NCBI GenBank assembly: GCA_041483195.1
Contig: JBGPFC010000015.1
Coordinates: forward strand, 1 to 64,000
Length of the DNA: 64,000 nt
Reading direction: 5' to 3'
Origin: Candidatus Eiseniibacteriota bacterium
Lineage (GTDB): Bacteria > Eisenbacteria > RBG-16-71-46
In this document: positions 36,380-45,921 of the stretch, in pieces
Position numbering within the stretch: position 1 is the first letter of the stretch
How the letters are laid out: each line of letters begins with the position of its first letter
Translations under genes and position numbers: made by a program
Notes under the pieces: generated by a model
Seen by the model: the letters and a program-made list of their open reading frames with translations, nothing else
Told to the model about the DNA's origin: nothing
Databases searched by the model: none

Positions 36380-37861
36380 TTACGGCGTGGCGAGGGTGTC
36401 GGGAACCCAGATCCGATCCGGCCGCGTGCGCGCGCCCGTCACCGTGAAGAAGCTCGACCCGTCGCGCATCACGCTCCCCTGCGGCCGGTAGGCGCGCCGG
36501 ATCGGATCGATCAGCCAGGCGGGATCGGGCGAGTCCAGCACGATCACGCTCCACGCCCGCCTCGCGATCGAATCCCGCCAGGCCAGCATCAGGCTCGACT
36601 CGATGACCCCCGCCCGACCCGGAACCGCGTCGGTGAACGCCATCTCGTGGACGTGCATCGGACGCCCGGCGAGCGCGAGCAGGTAGGGATGACTCGGCAC
36701 CAGCACCGCGCCGGGCATCGCCCGCAGGCGCCGCACCGCGTCATCGCCGGCGGCGCGGTCGGCCCGGCTCGGGATCTGCGCGCGCGGATCCCACGCCAGC
36801 AACGCGAGCTGAGCGATGGCGGCCAGCGCGATGGCGGAGCCCCCGCGCCGGCGCGCTGCAGCGGGGGCTCCCCGCGCCCGGTCGATCGCGGCGTGGAGGC
36901 CGAGGCCGAACAGCAGCGCGATGCTCGCGGTGGCGGTGAGCAGCACGTTCGTGAACCCGCCGCGGTAGGAGCGGAGCGCGGCCGAGCTCCCGATCATGCC
37001 GAGCGCGAGCAGCCCGAAGAACGCGCGGCCACCGCGGCGCGGTGCGCCGCCCGGCGAGAAGTAGAGCGCCCCGATCGCGAGCGCGAGCCCCAACGGGAGC
37101 AGATCGTGGCCGAGGGAGGCCACCAGTCGTCCGGGTTCGGGCCGATGCGCCCTGGCGATGTCGAGCACGTAGTGCAGAAACCAGCCGTGCGATGCGCGAT
37201 CCAGCCACGCCGTGCTCGCGCCGAGCAGCACGACCAGCGTGCCCGCGCACCACGCGAACCGCCTGCGGTCCCACCCCAGCTGCCCGATCACGAGCGGCGC
37301 GATCGCGACCACGCCCGACTGCTTGGTGAGCGCCGCCAGCGCGAAGCACGCGCCGGCCACCGCGCCGCGCGAGCGCGGACCGCCATCCGCGCGCAACGCA
37401 GCGACCCCGGCGAGCAGCAGGGCGAGGTAGAGCGCGTCGGGCCGCGCCACGTCGAGGAACGCGCCTGCTGCGTGGAACGAGGCGGCGAACAGGCCCGCCG
37501 CCAGGGCGGCGGCGAACGCGTCACGCGTCTCGCGCCACACGATCGCGGCGATCAGCGCGAGACCGCAGAGCGCGGCGAGCGCCGACACCAGCCGCAGCGC
37601 CAGGAACCCCGGGCCGAGCAGGTGGGCCATGCCCGCGGCGAGCGCGAAGTAGAGCGGCGGATAGTTGACTGGGATGAACGCGAGCGAGGGAGGAACGTAG
37701 AGCGGCAGCCCGGCGGAGAGTCGCTGGACCTGGTGCAGGCTCAGGCCTTCGAGCCACTCGAGCTCGTACGGGTAACCGATGCGCAGCGCGACGACGGCGG
37801 CGACCAGCGCCACGTGCAGCCCGGCCAGCGCGAGCAGCACGCGGCGCATCGGACGCGGCAC
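36380..37861 (-). CDS. GT39/ArnT-like (GT-C) membrane protein
   Basis: YPYELEWLEG, YPPLY, LRLVS, ARPD, TKQ motifs; multiple TM helices. Confidence 0.82.
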   Translation of the reverse strand: MPRPMRRVLLALAGLHVALVAAVVALRIGYPYELEWLEGLSLHQVQRLSAGLPLYVPPSLAFIPVNYPPLYFALAAGMAHLLGPGFLALRLVSALAALCGLALIAAIVWRETRDAFAAALAAGLFAASFHAAGAFLDVARPDALYLALLLAGVAALRADGGPRSRGAVAGACFALAALTKQSGVVAIAPLVIGQLGWDRRRFAWCAGTLVVLLGASTAWLDRASHGWFLHYVLDIARAHRPEPGRLVASLGHDLLPLGLALAIGALYFSPGGAPRRGGRAFFGLLALGMIGSSAALRSYRGGFTNVLLTATASIALLFGLGLHAAIDRARGAPAAARRRGGSAIALAAIAQLALLAWDPRAQIPSRADRAAGDDAVRRLRAMPGAVLVPSHPYLLALAGRPMHVHEMAFTDAVPGRAGVIESSLMLAWRDSIARRAWSVIVLDSPDPAWLIDPIRRAYRPQGSVMRDGSSFFTVTGARTRPDRIWVPDTLATP

Positions 37862-37867
37862 GGCGAG

Positions 37868-38743
37868 TTACTTCTTGAGCGGAATCACGGTCCGGTCGTC
37901 GAGCCCGAGCACGTTCACGAGATCCGACCCCGCCGGCACGATGAACTTGGTCTGCTGCGCGAGGACGTTGTTCAGCACGTCGAGGCGCTTGCTGACCTCG
38001 GCGCGTTCCTTGAAGAAGCTCTCGGCCGCGTTCGACACCATCTCGATCGCCTTGGCCTCGGCGGTCGCGCGGGTGATGCGCGCCTGCGCGTCGCCCTCGG
38101 CCTTGAGGATCTCGGACTGCTTGACGCCTTCGGCCTGGAGGATCGCCGCCTGCTTGACGCCCTCGGCCTCGAGGATGTTCGCGCGCTTGTCGCGCTCCGC
38201 CTTCATCTGGCGCGACATCGCCTCGGTGATGTCCGCCGGCGGATCGATCTTCTGCACCTCGACGCGCGTGACCTTGACGCCCCAGGTGTTGGTGGCCTCG
38301 TCGAGCACGTTGCGCAGGTTGGAGTTGATGGTGTCGCGCGCGGTGAGCGTCTCGTCGAGCGACTTGTCGCCGATCAGGTTTCGGAGATTGGTCTGCGCCA
38401 GCGTGGTGGCGGCGTAGCCGAAGTTCTGCACCTCGAAGGTGGCCTTCACCGGATCGCTGATGCGGTAGTAGATCACGGCGTCGACGGTGACCGACACGTT
38501 GTCCTTGGTGATCACCTTCTGCGGCTCGACGTTGATCACGCGCTCACGCATGTCCACCTTGAGCATGTCCTCGATCACCGGCACCAGGAACGTGAGCCCG
38601 GACCCCACCGTGGCGCGGTAGCGGCCGAGGCGGAGGATCAGGCCCTTCTCGTACTGGGCCACGGTGCGCGCCGAGCGGGCGAGCGCGACCAGCGTGATGA
38701 AGAGGACGACGACGAGCAGGAAGAAGCCGAGCTGAGCGGCCAT
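37868..38743 (-). CDS. SPFH/band 7 (QmcA/paraslipin-like) protein
   Basis: [42 protein letters not shown]. Confidence 0.95.
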   Translation of the reverse strand: MAAQLGFFLLVVVLFITLVALARSARTVAQYEKGLILRLGRYRATVGSGLTFLVPVIEDMLKVDMRERVINVEPQKVITKDNVSVTVDAVIYYRISDPVKATFEVQNFGYAATTLAQTNLRNLIGDKSLDETLTARDTINSNLRNVLDEATNTWGVKVTRVEVQKIDPPADITEAMSRQMKAERDKRANILEAEGVKQAAILQAEGVKQSEILKAEGDAQARITRATAEAKAIEMVSNAAESFFKERAEVSKRLDVLNNVLAQQTKFIVPAGSDLVNVLGLDDRTVIPLKK

Positions 38744-38746
38744 CGA

Positions 38747-39187
38747 TCACCTCACCTGAAGAGTGACGCCGTCGACCGCGGCCACCGTGACCACGGCGCC
38801 CGGCTCGAACGGACCTTCGGTTCCGGGCGCCGGCTCCGCGCGCCAGACTTCGTCCCGCACCCGGATCTGACCCGGCGCGTGCCGCGCCACGCGGTGCATG
38901 ACGAGGCCCTGCTGCCCGATCAACGCGTCGGCGTTGCTGGGCTGGGAGCGGGTCTGCATGCGGCCGCGCACCCAGCGCCGGCCGATCGCGATGTAGAGCA
39001 CGCAGAGCGTGCTCGCGACGATCAGGCCCAGCGTCGGGTTCGAGAGCCACAGCCCGAGCGCGCCACCGATCACGAACGCCGAGCCGATCAGCACCAGGTC
39101 GAATCCCGCGAATCCGCCGAGCGAAACCTCGACCAGCACCAGCAGCGCGCCGGCGACGATCAGCGTCCAGTTCCAATTGAGCGTCAT
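38747..39187 (-). CDS. NfeD family (YbbJ-like) protein
   Basis: TM N-terminus; NADALIG..G.IRVRDEVWRA..VDGVTL OB fold; paired with the SPFH gene. Confidence 0.9.
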   Translation of the reverse strand: MTLNWNWTLIVAGALLVLVEVSLGGFAGFDLVLIGSAFVIGGALGLWLSNPTLGLIVASTLCVLYIAIGRRWVRGRMQTRSQPSNADALIGQQGLVMHRVARHAPGQIRVRDEVWRAEPAPGTEGPFEPGAVVTVAAVDGVTLQVR

Positions 39188-39426
39188 GCCAGCTGCCCCT
39201 CCCCGTTTGCACGCCGCTCCCCGCGAGCGGTTCGGAAGCGGCCGACACTGTAGCAGCGCGCGCAGTCGCCGCAAGGCGTTTCGCCCGGCGCCCACGATGA
39301 AACGTGCGAATCGCACGCGCCGAACGGGCCGCCGAAGGATTTCCCTTGGGATGAGCCGGCATCGCGGCGATACCATAGGGAATGCGCGGCACCACGACTC
39401 GAACCCCCCGGAGCACGACGCCGAGC

Positions 39427-41151
39427 ATGCCGATCGTCCGTTTCGCTCTCATGGCCAGCCTGCTGCTCGCGACCCCGGCGGGCGCGCGCGCCCTTCGGTC
39501 CTCGCGTCCCGCTCCGCCGCGCACCGCGAGCCTGGGGTTCGCGCCCGGCGTGGTGCTGGTCGTCCAGCGCGACGATCTGCCGCTGCGGCTCGCGGAGGGC
39601 GAGCCGGTCGAGGCCGGCGAGCCGTCGCTCGGCTCGGCGCTCGCGAGGCTCGGCATCGCGCGCGCGCGCAGGGTCGGTCGTCCGGCGGGCAAGTGGGCCG
39701 CGAGCATTCTCGCGCTCGAGAGCGATCGCGCCGACTTCGATCCGCGCGCGGCCGCCGACGCGCTGCGCGCGACCGGCCGCTTCCGCGCGGTGTGCCCCAA
39801 CTATCGCTTCCATGTGTTCGCGACGCTGCCCAACGACACGTACCTCGACAATCAGTGGTCGATTCAGGACCCGGGTGACGTCGATGTGGACCTTCCCGAG
39901 GCGTGGGATCTCGAGAAGGGCGGCCCCGCGACGGTGATCGGCATCATGGACACGGGCGTAGATCTCGGGCACCCCGATCTCGCGAGCAAGATCTGGACGA
40001 ATCCCGGCGAGGTGCCGGGCGACCACGTGGACAACGACGGCAACGGGTTCATCGACGACCTCCACGGCTGGGACTTCGGGCTCGGGAACGCCGATCCGAA
40101 TCCCGCGCCGGTGTTCGACGCATACGGCATCGACGAGGGCTTTCACGGGACGTTCGTCGCGGGGATTGCGGCCGCCGCCACCAACAACGCGGAAGGCATC
40201 GCCGGCGCGGGATGGAACTGCCGGATCCTGCCGCTCAAGGTCACGGATGACGTCGGCGACATCACCGCCGAGGCGATCGCGGCGGCTTTCGAGTACGCGG
40301 CCGACCAGCACGTGAAGGTGCTCAACATGAGCTTCGGCGGCCCGGGCGATCCGGGCGTGCCCGAGTTCTTCCAGGCGCTGGTGGACATGGCGGACTCGGC
40401 GGGCGTGCTGTGCGTCGCCGCGGCGGGGAACGACGGCAGCGACACGCCTACCTATCCGGCCGCGTGCGATCGCGTCTTGGCGGTGGCCGCGACCGACTTC
40501 AACGATCAGCGCGCGGACTTTTCGAACTGGGGCGCGTGGGTGGACGTGGGCGCGCCCGGCGCATCGATGTTCTCATGCCTGTGCCGAAACTACGTGATCG
40601 ACGACTTCAGTCAGATCTTCTACCTGTACTTGTTCGGCTGGGACGGCGAGACCCCGTACATGTTCGGCGACGGCACCTCGTTCGCCGCCCCGCTCGCGTC
40701 CGGGGTGTGCGGTCTGGTCCGGAATCACTTCCCCGCGTTTTCGCCGGAGCAGACCATCGCGCGGATCTTGAGCACGGGCGACTCGCTGGCGTACAACCTG
40801 CCGATCGGCCCCAAGCTGAACGCGTATCGAGCGGTGAGCGCGCCCATCACCGCGGTGGGCGATGCGGCGGCCGCGCCGCTCGCGTTCGCGCGGATCGCGC
40901 CCAATCCGTTCCGCGCCTCCACCGTGCTGCGGTTCACGCTTCCCGCGGCCGGCCCCGCCCGGCTCACGATCTTCGACTGCGCGGGACGGCGAGTGCGCGC
41001 GCTCGCGGACGGCGACCTCGAGGCGGGGCCGCACGCGATTCCGTGGGACGGCGCTTCGGATGCCGGCGCGCCGCTCGGGAGCGGAATCTACTTCGCGCAG
41101 CTCGAGAGTCGCGGCGGCATCCTGCGCCAGAAGCTGGTGCGATTGCGCTGA
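39427..41151 (+). CDS. Secreted S8 (subtilisin-like) serine peptidase with C-terminal FlgD-Ig/sorting-type domain
   Basis: Catalytic motifs IMDTG, HGTFVAG, AAGN, GTSFAAP; tail PNPF...IFD..GRRVR.L...WDG...SGIYF. Confidence 0.93.
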   Translation: MPIVRFALMASLLLATPAGARALRSSRPAPPRTASLGFAPGVVLVVQRDDLPLRLAEGEPVEAGEPSLGSALARLGIARARRVGRPAGKWAASILALESDRADFDPRAAADALRATGRFRAVCPNYRFHVFATLPNDTYLDNQWSIQDPGDVDVDLPEAWDLEKGGPATVIGIMDTGVDLGHPDLASKIWTNPGEVPGDHVDNDGNGFIDDLHGWDFGLGNADPNPAPVFDAYGIDEGFHGTFVAGIAAAATNNAEGIAGAGWNCRILPLKVTDDVGDITAEAIAAAFEYAADQHVKVLNMSFGGPGDPGVPEFFQALVDMADSAGVLCVAAAGNDGSDTPTYPAACDRVLAVAATDFNDQRADFSNWGAWVDVGAPGASMFSCLCRNYVIDDFSQIFYLYLFGWDGETPYMFGDGTSFAAPLASGVCGLVRNHFPAFSPEQTIARILSTGDSLAYNLPIGPKLNAYRAVSAPITAVGDAAAAPLAFARIAPNPFRASTVLRFTLPAAGPARLTIFDCAGRRVRALADGDLEAGPHAIPWDGASDAGAPLGSGIYFAQLESRGGILRQKLVRLR

Positions 41152-41194
41152 CCGCGCGCGCCCGGTGGGGTGGCTCGCCGCGCGAGCACCCGCG

Positions 41195-41716
41195 TCATTT
41201 CGCGGGCACGAATTCGAGCGACACCGAGTTTATGCAATAGCGCAGGTGGGTGGGCGCGGGGCCGTCGTCGAACACGTGACCGAGGTGTCCGCCGCAGCGC
41301 GCGCACGACAGCTCGTCGCGCTCCATCCCCAGGCTGAGGTCCCGCCCGACCAGCACGTGCGAACCCGCGACCGGCGCCCAGAAGCTCGGCCAGCCGGTGC
41401 CGGAGTCGAACTTGGTGCGCGAATCGAACACCTCGAGATGGCAAGCTGCGCAGCGATAGATCCCGGGCGCGTGCTGATTCCAGTAGCGACCGGTGAACGC
41501 GATCTCGGTGCCCTTCTCCCGCAGCACGCGAAACTGTTCGGGCGTGAGGATGCGCCGCCACTCCGCGTCGGTCTTGACCAGCTTGCGCACCCTGGGCTCG
41601 GTGCGCGGGGCGCCGCCGCCCCCGGGCGTGGCCGCCGCGTGCGCGGCCACCGGGAGGAGCAGGGCGGTGAGGCAGAGCGCGATCGTCGCGCGGGCAACCC
41701 GGTTTCTGGGGTTCAT
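41195..41716 (-). CDS. msrB: Peptide-methionine (R)-S-oxide reductase with signal peptide
   Basis: GTE.AFTG, CxxC twice, KFDSGTGWPSF, HLGHVFDDGP, RYCINS. Confidence 0.95.
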   Translation of the reverse strand: MNPRNRVARATIALCLTALLLPVAAHAAATPGGGGAPRTEPRVRKLVKTDAEWRRILTPEQFRVLREKGTEIAFTGRYWNQHAPGIYRCAACHLEVFDSRTKFDSGTGWPSFWAPVAGSHVLVGRDLSLGMERDELSCARCGGHLGHVFDDGPAPTHLRYCINSVSLEFVPAK

Positions 41717-41985
41717 GGGTGGATCCTCGGCGGGTGGGGGTCGGGCGCGGCCATGCGGCCGCAGGGCATCATACGCCGGTTCATACGCGGCAGACGCGAT
41801 TTTGGGACGCACACCCATCGGGACTTGCGGGTCCGCGGGCTGCGGGTTGCCCCGGCGCACCGCGCGAATGGCTCCGGTTGGCGGGCAGGGGCCGGCGAAT
41901 CCCCCCTCAAGCCTGGAGCCAGCGGTGGCCGATAACCGATGGGAGTCGAAGCCCGGATCGGCCGGCTTCGCCGATTGGAGGAATC

Positions 41986-42612
41986 ATGCCCTCGGTGCCC
42001 GAGTTCGCGCACCCCGCGGACCAGAGTCCCAGCCCGGCTGGCGGGCTGCGGCTGCGCCTCTCGCTCAAGGGGCAGCCCGTTCAGAGTTTTCGGTTCGACC
42101 AGGACGCGATCATCGTGGGGCGCGATCCGTACTGCGACATCTACGTGGACAATCCCGGCGTCTCGCGGCAGCACCTCCGCATCGAGCGCGCCGGAGCCGG
42201 CGAGTTCCGTGTGCGCGACCTGGATAGCGCGAACGGCACGTTTCTCAACAACCAGCCGGTCCAGATCGCGGCGTTGCGCGACGGGGATGCGATCCAGCTG
42301 GGCAAGTACACGCTCAATGTCGAAATCGAGAAGGAGCGCCCCGACCTGGCGGTGCCGCGGCGCCCGGTCCCGGCGAGCGACGGCGCGACCGTCATGCTGT
42401 CGCCCTCCGAGATTCGCAACATGGTGTCCGAGGCGAAGGCCGCGGTCGCGCGTCCCCCCGATCTCAAGCTGGTCACGGCGCCGGCGACCCGCCCCATCGC
42501 GCCCCCGCCCGCCGCACGCCGGAGCGGCGGCACGGTGTGGCTGATCGTGGCAGCGATCGCGCTGCTCGGCGCGGTGGTCGCGATCGCGATCGAGTGGTGG
42601 CGCACGCACTGA
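41986..42612 (+). CDS. FHA-domain protein with C-terminal TM anchor
   Basis: VGR...VSRQH...DLDSANGTFLN...LRDGDAIQLG; GGAGG RBS. Confidence 0.9.
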   Translation: MPSVPEFAHPADQSPSPAGGLRLRLSLKGQPVQSFRFDQDAIIVGRDPYCDIYVDNPGVSRQHLRIERAGAGEFRVRDLDSANGTFLNNQPVQIAALRDGDAIQLGKYTLNVEIEKERPDLAVPRRPVPASDGATVMLSPSEIRNMVSEAKAAVARPPDLKLVTAPATRPIAPPPAARRSGGTVWLIVAAIALLGAVVAIAIEWWRTH

Positions 42613-42618
42613 GTCCGG

Positions 42619-42653
42619 CGTCCGGCGGGCGCGCATCGCGGGCCCGCCGGACG
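42619..42653. terminator. Hairpin between convergent genes
   Basis: CGTCCGGCGGGC/GCCCGCCGGACG 12-bp stem; no U-tract. Confidence 0.45.
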
Positions 42654-42666
42654 TGATCCCGCGGCG

Positions 42667-44142
42667 TCAGGACGTGCCGGCGATTTCCCGCAGCCTCGCC
42701 ACCAGCCGCGCCATGCCGAGCGTGTCGATCGCGCAGTAACGTTCGAGTCCCCCACGCAGCCGCTCGACTTCGCGCGCCTCCAGGGTGTCGCGCTCGAAGA
42801 ACAGTCGCTCGAGCACGATGCTCGCGGCGGTCCCGTCGCCGATCTCGAGTCCCAGGTAGTCCATCCCCGGGACCAGCGCGGGCAGCACGCTCTTCAGGCT
42901 GAAGCTGCCGCGAAAATCCGGATGGTAGACGTGTTCGCGCACCACCGGCAGCGGGTCCGCGAGCCGCGCGGCGAGCGCGTCGAGGGCGCCGGCCTGATCC
43001 GGCAGCGCGCGGGCGGTCGCCGCGATGCAGCCGCGCTCGAATGGCGCGTTGTACGCGACCACGGTGCGGGCGCCTTCACACGCCGCGATCAGCCGCCGCG
43101 CGAACTCGGGGCGCGGATCCTCCGGCCCCTCCGCCAGCCACGCGCGATGCTCGAGCGCGCCGTCGCGCTCGACGTGACAGCTGAACTGCACGGGGATCAT
43201 GTCGTAGGGATGACATCCGGGCCACACCGGGATCGCGGGCGCGATGGTTTCGAAATCGAGGAAGGCGAGCGGCGGCGCGAAAGCCCGAAGCGCGCGCGCC
43301 AGCCCCGGGTCCACGATCAGCCGGTTGTCCCGCACCGCCTGCCGCTGGCGCTCGGCCTGCGGGTTGAGCCCGAGGCCCTCGGCGAGCTGATCGATCGTCA
43401 CGAAGCCCGCGGCCTCGAGCGCCGCGGCCTTCGCCCGCGAACGGAACAGCGTCGTGACGTGATGATCGGGCCGCACCGGCCAGCAGCGGTCATGGAACGG
43501 ACACGGGCGGGGCGAGTCGCAGTGATCGCCGATCGCGACCTCCGGCAGCGGCCCGCGCAGCGCGTGCGCCTGCGCCGCGATCAGCGAGGGAATGCGGGGT
43601 TGCATGGCTTCGATCGCGGCGCTCACATCCGTGCGTACGAACAGATCCGAGAGGTCGGGGTAGGCGCATGCGCGATTCAGGTGCATGATCTCCGTCCTCC
43701 GCAGATCGAGCCCGCAGGCGCGAAGCACGTGCGCCTGAATCGCGGCGTCTGGCAGGTGCTCGTCCTTGACCCGGGTGGAGGATTTCACCTCGATCAGCCC
43801 CAGCCCCGAGGCCACGCGCTCGAGGATATCGACCGACACGAACACGCCTTCGCCCCGGAATGCCGCCTCGTAGATGGCCGGTGCCCCGGCCGCGAGCGCA
43901 TCCGCCGTCGCGGCGATCCGTCCCTCATAGTCGCGATACGGCAGCTCGATCAGCGTGCCCCCCGGGACGTACGCGCGGGCCGCGGCGCCGACGCGATTCC
44001 CCCGGTCGAAGTTGGCCTGGGCCGCGGCGTCCGGCACCAGCTCCGGGGCGTGGGGCTCGTGCACCCGCCACCAGAGCTGCTTCAGGCACTGCAGGCCCGC
44101 GGTGAATCGCGATTTCGAGAGGTTCGTCGACAGGGTCGCCAC
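42667..44142 (-). CDS. DUF2779 domain protein (Cas4-like PD-(D/E)xK nuclease plus RNase H-like exonuclease domain)
   Basis: LSKSRF..GLQC, VDIL...IEVKSST, C-x5-C-x5-CW, FLDFET, PVQFSCH, YNAPFE, GSFSLKSVLP, YCAIDT; GGAGG RBS with GTG start. Confidence 0.88.
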   Translation of the reverse strand: MATLSTNLSKSRFTAGLQCLKQLWWRVHEPHAPELVPDAAAQANFDRGNRVGAAARAYVPGGTLIELPYRDYEGRIAATADALAAGAPAIYEAAFRGEGVFVSVDILERVASGLGLIEVKSSTRVKDEHLPDAAIQAHVLRACGLDLRRTEIMHLNRACAYPDLSDLFVRTDVSAAIEAMQPRIPSLIAAQAHALRGPLPEVAIGDHCDSPRPCPFHDRCWPVRPDHHVTTLFRSRAKAAALEAAGFVTIDQLAEGLGLNPQAERQRQAVRDNRLIVDPGLARALRAFAPPLAFLDFETIAPAIPVWPGCHPYDMIPVQFSCHVERDGALEHRAWLAEGPEDPRPEFARRLIAACEGARTVVAYNAPFERGCIAATARALPDQAGALDALAARLADPLPVVREHVYHPDFRGSFSLKSVLPALVPGMDYLGLEIGDGTAASIVLERLFFERDTLEAREVERLRGGLERYCAIDTLGMARLVARLREIAGTS

Positions 44143-44413
44143 CCGCTGCCTCCGGCGTGCGGTGTGCGTGGGGACAGGGCAACGCGCCGATACTAGCCGA
44201 AGGAGCGCCCCCTGGCTCGCGTGCCTTCGCGCGGCGCCACACCGTTCCGGCACTCGCGGCCTGACCGAATTGGCAGCTTTCTGCCACCCGTGGCGGCATG
44301 TCCCGGGGCGCGGCGACGCCCGCGCCGGGAATCCGAAGCGCACCCTGGGTGCAATCGAATGTCGCACGCTCACTTGAGTGGCCGGGCGCGGTGGGGAATA
44401 CTGCAGCCGTGGC

Positions 44414-44429
44414 TGGCACGAACGATGCG
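44414..44429 (+). promoter_or_regulatory. Sigma54 (-24/-12) promoter of gltA
   Basis: TGGCACG-AACG-ATGC; palindrome TGGCAG-cttt-CTGCCA at 44271-44286 as a possible activator site. Confidence 0.65.
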
Positions 44430-44552
44430 GAATTCCGGCGCGCCGGTTGGCTCGATCCGCGTCCCACCGGCTCCGTCACCACGCACTGGCTCGCGATCGG
44501 CAGGCCCGGTGCCTGCCTCAGACCATGAAACCCCGCCGAGGAGATTGAAGTC

Positions 44553-45866
44553 ATGACCACTTCCAGCGCCATGGTCCGTCCCACCAAGACTGCGACCATC
44601 GAGTACAACGGCAAGTCGATCGAGCTTCCCCTCGTGACCGGAAGCGAGGGCGAGGTCGGCATCGACATTCAAACGCTCCGCGCCAAGACCGGGCTCATCA
44701 CGCTCGATCCGGGATACGGCAACAGCGGCTCCTGCCGGAGCGCGATCACCTTCATCGACGGCGAACAGGGTATCCTGCGCTACCGCGGATATCCGATCGA
44801 AGATCTGGCGGCGAAGAGCAACTTTCTCGAGGTGTCCTGGCTGCTGATTCACGGCGAGCTGCCGACCGCGGCGGAGCTCGTGAGCTTCCGCGCCGAGGTG
44901 ACGCGCCACACGCTGCTGCACGAAGACTTCGTGCGCTTCTTCCAGTCGCTGCCCAAGGACGCGCATCCGATGCCGGTGTGCGCGGCGGCGGTGGCGGCGC
45001 TGGCGACGTTCTACCAGCAACCCGAGACCGACCAGAGCACGCGCGACGCGGTGATCCGGCTGATCGCGAAGATTCCCACCATCGCTTCGTACTCGTACAA
45101 GCACTCGATTGGCCAGCCGTTCCTGTATCCGAAGAACGACCTCGACTTCGCCTCGAACTTCCTGCGCATGATGTTCGCGACGCCCTGCGAGGAGTACGTG
45201 GTCGACCCGGTGCTCGCCCGCGCGGTAGACCTGCTCTTCATTCTCCATGCCGACCACGAGCAGAACTGCTCGACCAGCACGGTGCGCATGGTGGGCAGCT
45301 CGCGCGCCAACCTGTTCGCGAGCATTTCGGCCGGCATCAGCGCGCTGTGGGGCCCGCTCCACGGCGGCGCCAACCAGCAGGTGATCGAGATGCTGGAGCG
45401 CATCGAGTCCGAGGGCGGCGACGCGCAGTCATTCGTGGACCGCGCCAAGGACAAGAAGGACAACAGCCGACTGATGGGATTCGGGCACCGCGTCTACAAG
45501 AACTACGACCCGCGCGCGGCGATCCTCAAGAAGTCATGCAACGAGGTGCTGAGCCGTCTCGGGGTCAAGAGTCGCCTGCTCGAGATCGCGATGAAGCTCG
45601 AGGAGATCGCGCTCAAGGACGACTACTTCATCAGCCACAAGCTCTATCCGAACGTTGACTACTACTCCGGCATCATCTACAAGGCGCTGGGCGTTCCCGT
45701 GAACATGTTCACCGTCATGTTCGCGATCGGACGCATGCCGGGCTGGATCGCGCAGTGGCTCGAGATGCGTTACGACGCGGACACCCGGATCGCCCGGCCG
45801 CGGCAGATCTACACGGGGGCGACGCGGCGCGGATACGTGCCGATGGAATCGCGCCGCGTGAGCTAG
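44553..45866 (+). CDS. gltA: Citrate synthase (type II)
   Basis: ITFIDGEQGILRYRGY, HADHEQNCSTS, GPLHGGAN, LMGFGHRVYKNYDPRA, YPNVDYYSG. Confidence 0.97.
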   Translation: MTTSSAMVRPTKTATIEYNGKSIELPLVTGSEGEVGIDIQTLRAKTGLITLDPGYGNSGSCRSAITFIDGEQGILRYRGYPIEDLAAKSNFLEVSWLLIHGELPTAAELVSFRAEVTRHTLLHEDFVRFFQSLPKDAHPMPVCAAAVAALATFYQQPETDQSTRDAVIRLIAKIPTIASYSYKHSIGQPFLYPKNDLDFASNFLRMMFATPCEEYVVDPVLARAVDLLFILHADHEQNCSTSTVRMVGSSRANLFASISAGISALWGPLHGGANQQVIEMLERIESEGGDAQSFVDRAKDKKDNSRLMGFGHRVYKNYDPRAAILKKSCNEVLSRLGVKSRLLEIAMKLEEIALKDDYFISHKLYPNVDYYSGIIYKALGVPVNMFTVMFAIGRMPGWIAQWLEMRYDADTRIARPRQIYTGATRRGYVPMESRRVS

Positions 45867-45921
45867 GAAACCGTCGCAGCGGCCCGGCGCGTTCGCTCCT
45901 GTCGCGGACGCGCCGTCGGCC

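Noticed and set aside
42667..44400. CRISPR-Cas locus around the Cas4-like gene
   Set aside because: No repeat-spacer array or other cas genes in the window
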